From positions 24,428,001 through 24,492,000 of the forward strand of contig NC_043001.1 of NCBI RefSeq assembly GCF_006345805.1: a stretch of 64,000 nucleotides of DNA, read 5' to 3'. Below, one piece after another: positions 1 through 10,745 of the stretch. This DNA comes from Octopus sinensis (lineage: Eukaryota). Position 1 is the first letter of the stretch. Every line of letters begins with the position of its first letter. Under the pieces are notes generated by a model. It was not told the DNA's origin and made no database searches. It saw only the letters and a list, made by a program, of their open reading frames with translations. The position numbers and the translations under genes were made by a program.

Positions 1-358
1 TGGTGGTGGTGGGGCTTTTTGCTTCTTTTTTTTTCTTCGCTTGTTGCTTATTTGTTTGTTTTTGCAGGAGATGGATCAAGTTTTTCATTTATGCTTTACT
101 TTTTTTCCTTTGAATTAGGTTTTGTTCTCAGTTGACAATGTGTCTTAATGAACAGGATGTCCGAATTTATATTCATGCATTCACACAATATAACACTGGC
201 ATATAAAGATATACATAACTGCATTCAAACACAGACACACATAGATATATATCTTTACATATGTATATGCGTGTGTATATACATGTGCCTGTGTTTGTAT
301 AAATAGATACACACACACACACACATATATATATGTATGTATGTATATATATATAACT

Positions 359-590
359 TAGAGTTTCACGCTCCCGTTCATCGGACACTTTTATTAAAAT
401 AGAACAGAAATAACGATATCATTATTTCTGTTCTATTTTAACAAAACTGTCCGAACGGTAACGTGAGACTCTGAGTAACAGCTTTTGTTATATTTCTGCT
501 GCTTTTAAATAAAGCATATTACTCTACCTCTGGTATTTGAGTACTCTTTTTTCCACCTTGTTTCACATTTATGTGCTTACTCCGGTACAT
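359..590. mobile_element. Fold-back, (TA)n-flanked Penelope-like terminal fragment with two degenerate hammerhead motifs
   Basis: Imperfect inverted repeat 360-472 centred on gatatc (415-420). The right arm continues into a tail with AATAAA and ends at (TA)n. The arms reconstruct ctgt-CCGATGA-acg(gtaa)cgt-GAAA-ctctgag-TA-acag. Confidence 0.55.
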
Positions 591-1180
591 ATATATATAT
601 ATATATAAATTGAGTCTTGTTTTAAAACTAGATTAAGGATAACAAAAAAGTATTTTAATAGAGGTTTGTTGTGAAGTTTGTCTTAAATGGGACTTTTTGC
701 ACAGCTGACACAAGTTCCAGTCACCATGTCCTGGTCACTATGAACTTAGCAATAATATATATAAAATCACTCTGGAAATTTCCCAACATAGCTTTCTGCA
801 TGAAGAACATAGAGATAAGTGCCAGTTGGTCAACTGGAATTTTGTAAGTTCTCTCCCTTGTCCTCTTTTAGGATAAATTTTCATTAATGCTGATGGCCTT
901 GCCCTCTCAGTACGGTTATAAATGAAATGGTTTACAAGTTACTTTCAGCTGACTTACATCAGTGTGTGTGTGTGTGTGCGTGTGTGTGTGTACGAGTGTT
1001 TGGAATTACAACCAAAAAGACTACACAATATATCATGTAAAGTTTGTTTATATGTATTAGGAACGATAGGAAGTAAAATGATTATTTGCTACTCATAGTT
1101 TTCTGTTACGTGAGTGTATTACAAACACACACATACATATATATATACATGTATGTGTGTGTGAGTGTGTATATATGCAC

Positions 1181-1211
<31 letters not shown>

Positions 1212-1265
1212 TGTACATAGATACAGATACACACCCGTATCTATTTAGATATATGTTGACTCAAG

Positions 1266-1304
<39 letters not shown>

Positions 1305-1367
1305 TTATATATAAATCAAACCAAATCAAAATCGATGAACATCAATGGAATTTGTATTTTTGTGGTA

Positions 1368-1748
1368 CCAGTGCCGGTGGCACATAAGAAAACCATCCGA
1401 ACGTGGCCGTAGCCAGTACCGCATCGACTGGCCTCCGTGCTGTGGGCACGTAACAAACACCATCTGATCGTGGCCGTGCCAGCCCCGCCTGGCCTCTGTG
1501 CCGGTGGCACGTAAAATAAACCATCCGAGCGTGGCCATTCGCCATCCTCGTCTGGCACCTGTGTCGGTGGCACATAAAAAGCACCCACTACACTCACGGA
1601 GTGGTTGGCGTTAGGAAGGGCATCCAGCTGTAGAAACACTGCCAGATCTGACAGGCCTGGTGCAGCCTTCGGGCTTCCCAGACCCCAGTTGAACTGTCCA
1701 ACCCATGCTAGCATGGAAAGCGGACGTTAAACGATGATGATGATGATA
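1368..1748 (+). mobile_element. 5'-truncated RTE LINE copy (3' UTR only)
   Basis: Matches the 3' UTR of the RTE at 58090-58376; ends aaacgatgatgatgat. Confidence 0.85.
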
Positions 1749-1907
1749 TACATATTCGTACACATGCGTATGTGTGTGAGTGTGCACATATGTATGCATA
1801 AATAATATAATATAAATATATATATATATACATTATCATCATCAGTTACTGTCTGTCTTCCATGTTATCCATGCCATCATGAAAAGTGACATTACATGAT
1901 GATGATG

Positions 1908-1954
<47 letters not shown>

Positions 1955-2891
1955 GATATATATATTAATCAAAGTATACAATATTGTAGATCCATTATAG
2001 GTGATCACACCAATCAGTCATGCACAGGATATTACATTATGAGACAATTATGGCCATTTTTTCCCCCCATACCGGCCACTTTGAGTAGTGCTCTTGTAGT
2101 GTTTCATTACTAAATATCCTGTGCAAAACTGATTGGTAAGCTCAGCTGCAAATGGATTTATGTAACCTACTTAGATTAATATACCCACTCTTTTGATAGA
2201 TATATGAATGCCTATTTTCTCAGGCAACTGTGTGTGTGTAAGTCGTCTAAATGTCCTTAAGTCAGGAAAAAAATGCACTCATATATCCATCAAGGGAGTG
2301 GGTATATTATCCGAATTACACAGCATTATATATCCATTATGGTCGATCTTAACAATTGGTTTCAGCCAGGGATTCAACAGAGTGTAAGGTGACATATGGA
2401 CACACTGCCACAATTACCTACACATATGTGCACACACTACAGCAATTGTTACCTAATACTCCATTGAATCTCTAATACAAAATTGATTAGTAAGATGGGC
2501 TGTAATGGATATATAACACTATACAGTCCAGATAATACAGATATATATTCTTTTATTTTTTTACCTGTTTCAGTCCTTGCTGGAACACTGCCTCTTAGTC
2601 AAAAAAATCGACTCCAGAACTTGTTCTTTGTAAGCCTAATACTTATTCTATTGGACTCTTAAAACCAGTGTCCAGGTTTTAAGTTCCATATTGGATGCTC
2701 CAATTTCACTGGTCTGTTTGTGTGTGCAATCCACAAATTTTATCAAAATGTGGGTTTGATAATTTCCAGTGTCAGAAATAACGATAGGTAGTTAGACAGG
2801 GTGATTAAAAAGAGATAATGGATGCTAGCTAACACACCAACATCGGTTGTCAAGTGATGATGTGGGATACAAATATAGACACACAAACTTG

Positions 2892-2923
<32 letters not shown>

Positions 2924-2934
<11 letters not shown>

Positions 2935-3215
2935 TTAGAGACAAAACCACTATTTTGCAAAACAAACAAGGAAAGACTTAATCAATACATAAAATTTTAA
3001 TAAAAAGTAAAAAAACCGCCACTACAATTGTTTCATGTCTTGATCGACAATCTTCAGGTGGATTTCCGATTTTCAAGTCAGTTTCAAATTTTGCAAAATA
3101 GTGGTTTTGTCTCTAATTAATATTATATAATATTTTACTATAAAATTGGATTTAATCCTAAATCTGATTTTTTCCCTGTAAATTTGGATTTATTCCCTAA
3201 TATTTATTATTATTA
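2924..3215 (-). mobile_element. Penelope-like non-autonomous element with an inverted segment, inserted in (TA)n
   Basis: About 39-bp perfect inverted repeat (2924-2962 / 3089-3127). 3128-3212 is the reverse complement of 63661-63745. Contains a hammerhead motif. Confidence 0.7.
3019..3061 (-). ncRNA. Minimal type I hammerhead ribozyme motif
   Basis: Minus strand reads ccac CTGAAGA t-tgtc(gatcaa)gaca-t GAA ACAATTGT A gtgg: GUA cleavage triplet and palindromic stem III. Confidence 0.75.
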
Positions 3216-3825
3216 TATATATATATATGCACACATATATATATATACATATATATACAACAGGCTTCTTTCAGTTTCTGCCTACCAAATCCACTCACAA
3301 AGCTCTGGTCGGTCCAAGGCTATATTAGAAGACACTTGTCCAAGATGCCACACAGTTTGACTGAACCCAGAACCATGTGGTTAGGAAGCAAGTTCCTTAA
3401 CACATGGTCACACCATATCTATCTATCTATCTATCTATCTATCTCTCTATCTACACACACACACACATATATATGCAAATTATCTCACTTGTCTATGATA
3501 TTTCAGTGTTTTAACATCAGTTGTGTGTAGCAAATATATTGTCTTACACCTATAAGTGTAACCTACCCACAAACTAATAAACACATACATTGTGTATATG
3601 TGTATATGTATTTGATATTGTATATATATATATATATAATATAATTGATATTCAGTTGAATTAGGTACTTAAGTTGAAGCACCAAGTCAGTCTGGTATTA
3701 TCCACACAGCTAGAAGTAAGGTGAATAAAATAAGCAACAGGATATCAAGTAATGAAACAGTACGACCGTTTCAAGCAGATCCATTTAATTGAACAATGCA
3801 ATCATTACATGCAATGATTGCATTG

Positions 3826-3903
<78 letters not shown>

Positions 3904-4033
3904 GTATATTGTTTTGTTGTTTGTTCCTTCTCAAGCTGTACTTGGCTCATAGGGCCAGTTTCCTGGTTTCCTTAGCGTATAGGTTCCCCACCTGGATGGG
4001 ACGCCGGTTCATCACAGGTGAGCTGTAAGATCG

Positions 4034-4290
4034 TCCGTGTCGGTGGCATGTAAAAGCACCAACTGATCATGACCATTTGCCAGCCTTCTCTGGCCCCTGT
4101 GCTGGTGGCACGTATAAAGCACCCACTACAGTCATGGAATGGTTGGTGTTAGGAAGGGCATCCTGCTGTAGAAACACTGCCAGATCAGACTGGAGCCTGG
4201 TGCAGCCTCCTGGCTTCCTAGACCCCGGTCGAACCGTCCAACCCATGCTAGCATGGAAAACAGACGTTAAACGATGATGATGATGATGAT
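4034..4290 (+). mobile_element. RTE 3'-UTR fragment
   Basis: Same terminal UTR sequence and (GAT)n tail. Confidence 0.85.
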
Positions 4291-4419
4291 ATAGATAAGG
4301 GATTCGTCTGCCGTTACGTTCTGAGTTCAAATTCCGCTGAGGTCTATTTTGCCTTTCATCCTTTCGGGGTTGATAAATTAAGTACCAGTTACGCACTGGG
4401 GTCGATGTAATCAAGTATG

Positions 4420-5170
4420 CCATTTTTCTATATAGCCTCCTTCCTTTTTGATGCCCTTGGTCCAGCAGTCCGCAAGCTTGTGTGTTCCCTGAAAGAAGAT
4501 TTACAGTTGGTTGTGCAACCATTTATGAACCACTTCTTTCATATCTTCATCCATAGGAAATTGGTGACCTTATAAACCATCTTTGAGAGATCCAAAAATA
4601 TGGGAGTCAGAAGGTGTGAGGATCTAGGCTGTAAGCAGGGTGTTCCAGTGCCTCGAAACTCAATTGGTTAATGGTTTCAAAGGGCGACGAGCTGGCAGAA
4701 ACGTTAGCATGCCGGGCGAAATGCTTATTGGTATTTTGTCTGCCGCTACATTCTGAGTTCAAATTCCGCCAAGGTCAACTTTGCCTTTCATCCTTTCGGG
4801 GTCGATAAATTAAGGACCAGTTATGCACTGGGGTCGATATAATTGACTTAATCCGTTTGTCTGTCCTTGTTTGTCCTCTCTGTGTTTAGCCCCTTGTGGG
4901 TAGTAAAGAAATAGGTTTCAAAGGTCAGGGTGGCCGTGCGTGGGTGTGCATTGTCCTGCAACAACAAAACTTTCTTCAACAGTTTGGTGCAAATTGCTGG
5001 CTTCAGTTTGTTGGTCAACAAAGCACTGTATCTTGCACTGTTTACCATACACCCCATTTTCAAAGAAATTGGATCACAGCTCTTTGTTCTTCTTTGGTGC
5101 ACATTGCTAGTGGAGCGGACATGCTTACACTGCGAAGCCAGAAAGAAAATCAGTGTGATCAGGCTCAAGT
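4420..5170 (-). pseudogene. Decayed mariner transposase C-terminal part, interrupted by a SINE
   Basis: Minus strand reads LLLQDNAHPRTATLTFET / INQLSFEALEHPAYS...WLHNQ...FFQGTHKLADCWTKGIKKEGGYIEK, resembling the mariner catalytic region. The SINE at 4681-4915 is flanked by a ggtttcaaagg duplication. Confidence 0.75.
4681..4915 (+). mobile_element. SINE family B
   Basis: Head ggcgacgagctggcagaaacgttagc, B-box-like gagttcaaattcc, tail gtagtaaagaaat. Confidence 0.85.
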
Positions 5171-5317
5171 TTCGATCACATGACTACAATAGTACCAACT
5201 ATAAGCACACATGTGCAGAAGGCAGCATGACAATAATAAAGTTACGGAGATATACTTGCATAGCAAGTGACATGATCTGAGATCATGTGCTGGAACAAAA
5301 ACAATTGCAGCGTGGAA

Positions 5318-5576
5318 GGTGTTTATAAGTCATTTAAGAAACAGACAAAATCCGTTAGATTCACTTCAACATTTAAATTTGATTTGTCAAAATATTTTCA
5401 TCACTTTGAGACTGCGACCTGTTCACTGGCAAAATTCCTTGCTGCATCTCAGTACGGAATTTTGTCAGTGAACAGGTCGCGGTTTCAAAGCAACGAAAAT
5501 ATTTTGACAAATTAAATTTAAATGTTGAAGTGAATCTAACGGATTTTGTGTGTTTCTTAAATGGCTTATAAACACC
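5318..5576. repeat. 259-bp fold-back element (arms about 127 bp)
   Basis: 5318-5444 is the near-perfect reverse complement of 5450-5576, with loop catct. AATAAA follows at about 5580. The mirror-image ORFs in the track confirm the symmetry. Confidence 0.95.
5461..5511 (+). ncRNA. Atypical type I hammerhead motif with G3-C8 core (mirror copy on minus strand at 5383-5433)
   Basis: tttgtca GTGAACA g gtcgc(ggtttcaaa)gcaac GAA AATATT T tgacaaa: 7-bp stem I, 5-bp stem II with one mismatch, palindromic stem III. Confidence 0.6.
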
Positions 5577-6121
5577 AATAATAAAGTTGTTATGGTGAAC
5601 GTGCAGATTATTTTTGACTTCCCCAGACAGACAGACAGATAGAGATATATTTAACTTTGCTGGAAGAATACACCCTACAGGATTGAAACATTTAAGTATG
5701 TCACTCTTGACCATGTTAGGGAAAAGATTGAGTCAACTAATCGATTACTTTCAGTCTTTGTTAAAACCATCATCAGGATTTGATTAAATTTTCCTTATTG
5801 CCAATAGACAATAGTAACTATGGCTTCACAAATGTGAAACCACATTAAGTACATCTTATATCATGGTTTCATGAATTGTATGGCTTTATGAAAGAGGTAT
5901 TTAGTGATAGACTGGTAAAAATTTGGTGCCAAATTGGGTAAATTCAGATTAATATTTACTGTTGACCTGTTCAAACCAATTCATCACACTGATGATGTTT
6001 CTTTACATATGTAAGTTTGTGGGGACTTTGTATTTTTTGTAAAGTTTTGAGTCAAGTATCTTTCTGTAGACAAGGCCCGGTTAACTTTTTTAAGTTATTA
6101 AACCTAAGTTGTTAGATTTCT

Positions 6122-6290
6122 TTAGGCGTAGGAGTGGCTGTGTGGTAAGTAAATTGCTTACCAATCACATGGTTCCAGGTTCAGTCCCACTGCATGGCAC
6201 TTTGGGCAAGTGTCTTCTACTATAGCCTCAGGCCGACCAGAGCCTTGTGAGTGGATTTGGTACACAGAAACTGAAAGAAGCCTGTCCATC
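6122..6290 (+). mobile_element. SINE family A head
   Basis: A-box-like tggctgtgtggtaa and B-box-like ggttcagtccc. Confidence 0.85.
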
Positions 6291-6671
6291 GCCTTACTGG
6301 CACTTGTGCCGGTGCTAGTAGGGTGCCAAGAGCACCATCCAAGCATGATCGTTGCCAGAGCAGCCTACCCGCTCCATGCACGTAAAAGAGCACCATTCGA
6401 GCGTGATCGTTACCAACGTCGCCTTACTGGCTCCTGTGCCAATGGCATGTGTAAAAGGAGTCGAGTGAGGTCGTTGCCAGTGCCGCCTGACTGGCACATA
6501 AAAAGCACCCACTACCCTCTTGGAGTGGTTGGCGTTAGGAAGGGCATCCAGCTGTAGAAACTCTGCCAGATCAAGATTGGAGCCTGGTGTGGCCGTCTGG
6601 TTCACCAGCCCTCAGTCAAAATCATCCAACCCATGCTAGCATGGAAAGCGGATGTTAAACGATGATGATGA
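6288..6671 (+). mobile_element. RTE 3'-UTR fragment
   Basis: Terminal UTR plus (GAT)n. Confidence 0.8.
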
Positions 6672-6683
6672 TATATATATATA

Positions 6684-6866
6684 TCATCATCATCATCATC
6701 ATCATTTAACGTCCACTTTCCATGCTAGCATGGGTTGGACGGTTCAACTGGGGTCTGGGGAGCCCGAAGGCTGCACCAGGCCAGTCAGATCTGGCAGTGT
6801 TTCTACAGCTGGATGCCCTTCCTAACGCCAACCACTCCGAGAGTGTAGTGGGTGATTTTATGTGCC
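6684..6866 (-). mobile_element. RTE 3'-UTR fragment, tail-to-tail with the previous copy
   Basis: (CAT)n followed by tttaacgtccactttccatgctagc. Confidence 0.85.
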
Positions 6867-6887
6867 ACATATATATATATATATATA

Positions 6888-7265
6888 TAAGTAGCTTGCT
6901 TACCAACCACATGGTTCTGGGTTCAGTCCCACTGCGTGGCACTTTGGGCAAGTGTCTTCTACTATAATCTCATGCTGACCAAAACCTTGTGAGTGGATTT
7001 GGTAGACGGAAACTGAAAGAAGCCCGTTGTATATATGTATATATGTACGTGTGTGTGTCTGTGTTTGTCCCCCCAACATCACTTGACAACCAATGTGGGT
7101 GTGTTTACATCCCCCGTAACTTAGCAGTTCAGCAAAAGAGACCGATAGAATTAGGTACTAGGCTTACAAAGAATAAGTCCTGGGGTCGATTTGCTCGACT
7201 AAAGGCGGTGCTCCAGCATGGCCACAGTCAAATGACTGAAACAAGTAAAAGAGTAAAGAGAGTAG
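6888..7265 (+). mobile_element. SINE family A
   Basis: Near full-length, ends gactgaaacaagtaaaagagtaaagag. Confidence 0.9.
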
Positions 7266-7778
7266 TCTTTGAATGTAACATTTACATCTTTCTCGGTAAT
7301 TATTAGTTTTGTTGTGTACATGGATTTTGATTACCATTTGTTTTGTTTGTACATTAGCATTGTTGAATGGAACAGCAAGGGATCTTTAAGTAGTTTTTTA
7401 TTGTATTGTCATACAATAATATACTTGTATTCTTACTCACTTTATATAAATTTTTTATTTTTGTCTGCCAATAAGAGCATCTTTGTGTAGTTTTGTTATA
7501 TTTCTACAGCTTCTGCTCAAATTTCTTGATTAAATTTCAAGGATTTTAACTATTTTATTATGTTTTGTGCATCAGTTCAAATCCATACTGCTCTTTGTGT
7601 TCTGTTGGATATTTCCTAGACTTGAATTGTGAAGTGAGTTTATCTCTATGATTAGTATTATCATTGATGTGAAAGAAGGCTTTTAACTACATGTAATTAT
7701 TATATTTTGTTATTGGTTTTAAAGTCTCATTGGTGATATGATCAGTACATATTTATTTGCTTCACATTTTATCTATTA

Positions 7779-8291
7779 CTAGCAGTATCGCCCGGCGTTG
7801 CTCGGGTTTGTAAGGGAAATAACTATATAAGCATTTTTAGAGAGTTACTTCCCTTATAGATGCCAATTCGGGCTTTCTTAGCCATTTCTGTTTTGGTGTC
7901 TTCAAGCCATGAAGTCGTTGTTCTAAAAGAACGCTGGTCTCCTTGACAACGCTTTACGACGTTGATTTCCTTACACTCCCTTCCCCACAGCTTCACGAGG
8001 GAGGGAAGAAGGGGGAAGAAGCAAACAGGTGCAGGTGTGACCATGGACGCCAACTCCGCCGCCATCGACACCCGAAAAATTATGCATTAAAATGGAAAAA
8101 AAATGATGTTAAATTATTTTTAAAATCGTAGACTCATCGTAGACGCGCGCTAATAGCCAGACGGGCTCGATATTAATCACGACTATAAGATACCCAAATT
8201 TGGTTAAACTGCACAGCAAAATGTGGAAGGAGTTAGGAATCTAAATCGAAGGGGACAGACACTCACACAACTACAGTTTTATATATATAGA
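7779..8291 (-). mobile_element. Non-autonomous Helitron
   Basis: Minus strand starts TCTATATATATAAAAC and ends cccgagcaacgccggg-cgatactg-CTAG. Inserted between A and T with no TSD; CpG-rich interior. Confidence 0.85.
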
Positions 8292-8620
8292 TATAAAATC
8301 CATTCTGTCTGTTTGTGTGTGTCTTCTAGGATCTCGGGCATCCTCCAGCCGATTGCACTCAAATTTGATATGTAGACACTGACGGTATCAGGGCATGTAT
8401 AAGTCTTGAAAAACTTCCGAAAATCAATTCCAGGTGATAATGCGATCGATAAAGCCGTGGGAACGTGCATTTGTACATGCAAGTACATCAGCTGTTGCGA
8501 TCGATACTATGCGTATGTGAGAAAAATGCACGTGCAGTTTGCACAATAAAAGCCGGCTGGCTTGAAATAATGCCACAAAATGGGACGGTCGGTCAAGTTG
8601 TTTTGAGAAAATTTGGTTTA
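8292..8620 (+). mobile_element. Possible truncated second Helitron body, head-to-head
   Basis: Begins tataaaatcc..tctgtctgtttgtgtgtgtc..ccgattgcactcaaatttg, a typical non-autonomous Helitron 5' region. No CTAG end seen. Confidence 0.45.
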
Positions 8621-8944
8621 AATGTTTGACATCTCAGCACCGTCCATTGGATGGGGGGCATTTTGCTCGTACTCTATATTACTCAAGAGTGGAAGAACAT
8701 TCTCTTCCTTCACAAACACACTGTTTCTCCTCTCTTCCTTTTCTTTTATGCTTACAGTTGCCCTTACTTTGGGCTGGCAGGCATCTTACAACCTCTCCTC
8801 TAATAGCATACTTGTCTCTCCTCTTTTCATTTTTTTCTATTGTGCCTCATCTTTCAGATCTCATATTAATACTAAAAGCTTTTTAAGGCTGTGCCTCCAT
8901 ATGGGTAGGCCCAATCCAACAAAAGAGTTGAAGAAAAAAGTGCA

Positions 8945-9750
8945 AATATCCATGTAGCATACAAAATTGGTTCTGACATATGTCTCAATAGAATATGAAT
9001 CTGCTTCTCCTCAAGGGTCTAAACATTGTGCTTCTAAAACACTTTTAATCTTTTGGGATACACACATAATGGGATCCAAAATTTGATAACCATCTGTATG
9101 GATTTCAGGTTCTACTTAAATATCTGGCCACAGAGACAAAAAGTAGCTTATTGCTACTTATGATAATCCTAATACAAATCCAGCGATAAGAACAAGGTCA
9201 CCAGTATATATAAGTTCCCATGGCATCCAGACATAAGCCCTTCCATTATAGCCAGGAGAACTGGGATAAATATAACAGGGCTGAGCATTGAGCCTTAATA
9301 GACACGTACAAGTACACCAAATTCACTGCTGTCCTTGCTAACTCTAAACATGTTGGCAGCAACCTGGTACATGGCTTCTGTAATAGCTCTCACAAGTCAT
9401 TTATTTACCCTTTGCTTCCTCATCCTTACTACCTCAGCAACCACCAGATCATCAAACAAGAGATTCTGTCAAAGACTTTCTCCAGGGTGACAAATGATGA
9501 GCACAGCTGCCTCCTCTTAGCTCAGTACTTCTGCAGTTGACTCATTGAGAAAAATGGCATCAGTTGTACTTTTTCCTAGAATGAGATCAAACTGTTTAGG
9601 CTGCAGCTCATTTATGCTGATTCTTTCTCTTTAATCAATTGAGCCATAGCTTTTTCTATGGTTTTCATGACCTGGTCCATGCTTTAAAAATTTGATACCC
9701 ATTAGAGAGAGTTAATTACAGAGGTATCAAATTACTGGACGAGGTCAATA
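8945..9750 (-). pseudogene. Heavily decayed RTE reverse-transcriptase fragment
   Basis: Minus-strand MDQVMKTIEKAMAQLIKEK and a frameshifted GC-WELIYTGDLVLIA align to LDQVMKVTERVIAQLIRER and GCPWELLYADDLALIA of the RTE at 56 kb. Confidence 0.7.
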
Positions 9751-9813
9751 ATGGTAAATGAAATACCTGAAAGAGAGGTAATATGTAAATATGTATATAT
9801 ATATATATATATA

Positions 9814-9891
<78 letters not shown>

Positions 9892-9893
<2 letters not shown>

Positions 9894-10285
9894 CTTTTAC
9901 TTGTTTCAGTCATTTGACTGTGGCCATACTGAAGAACTACCTTTAGTTGAACAAATCAACCCCAGGAGTTATTCTTTGTAAGCCTAGTACTTGTCTATCA
10001 TTCTCTTTTGCCAAGCCACTAAGTTATGGAGATGGAAACACACTAACATCGATTGTCAAGTGATGGTGGAGGGACAAACACAGACACACAAACATACACG
10101 CACACACACACACATATATGTACATACAATAGGCTTCTTTCAGTTTCCATCTAGCAAATCCACTCACAAGGCTTTGGTCGGCCCAAGGCTATAGTAGAAG
10201 ACACTTGCCCAAGATGCCACACAGTGGGACTGAACCCGGAACCTTGTGGTTCATAAGCAAGCTACTTACCATACAGCCACTCCTT
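9892..10285 (-). mobile_element. SINE family A
   Basis: Full-length reverse complement. Confidence 0.9.
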
Positions 10286-10423
10286 TGCATATATGTACCA
10301 TAGTTTCATGTTGATGTACAGATATTTGACACAGATCTTCAGCAGACTTTCACATCAGTTAAGAAAGTCAAAGATGAAGATGATGGCATATCATACTACC
10401 CTTATATGTTCAGCAAAGGTACA

Positions 10424-10745
10424 TCATCAACATCATCATCATCATCGTTTAACGTCCGTTTTGCATGCTAGCATGTATTGGACGGTTCAACCAGGGTCTG
10501 GGAAGCCAGGAGGCTGCACCGGGCTCCAATCTTGATCTGGCAGTGTTTCTACAGCTGGATGCCCTTCCTAACACCAACCACTCCGTGAGTGTAGTGGGTG
10601 CTTTTTACGTGCCACCGGCATAGGTGCCAGTGGAGTCTAGCTGCGGCCACAATTGGTTGGTGCCTTTTACATGCCACCGGCACAGAAGCCAGTCAAGGCG
10701 GCGCTGGCATTGGCCACATTCGGGTGGTGTTTTTTACGTGCCACC
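10424..10745 (-). mobile_element. RTE 3'-UTR fragment
   Basis: (CAT)n then cgtttaacgtccg. Confidence 0.85.

Larger units (their letters stand above)
2550..3415 (-). mobile_element. tRNA-headed SINE family A, split by later insertions
   Basis: Tail at 2550-2660, body at 2820-2895, head at 3255-3415. The hammerhead element sits in its internal (TA)n tract. Confidence 0.7.

Noticed and set aside
705-843. Plus-strand exon with a GTAAGT donor
   Set aside because: Peptide unrecognisable; the minus strand (YPKRGQGRELTKF...LSLCSSCRKL) looks more like a decayed LINE RT start. Neither call is supportable.
5737-5778. Minus-strand CTGATGA...GAAA next to a taatcgatta palindrome
   Set aside because: Stem II does not pair and stem I has only about two pairs; likely chance.
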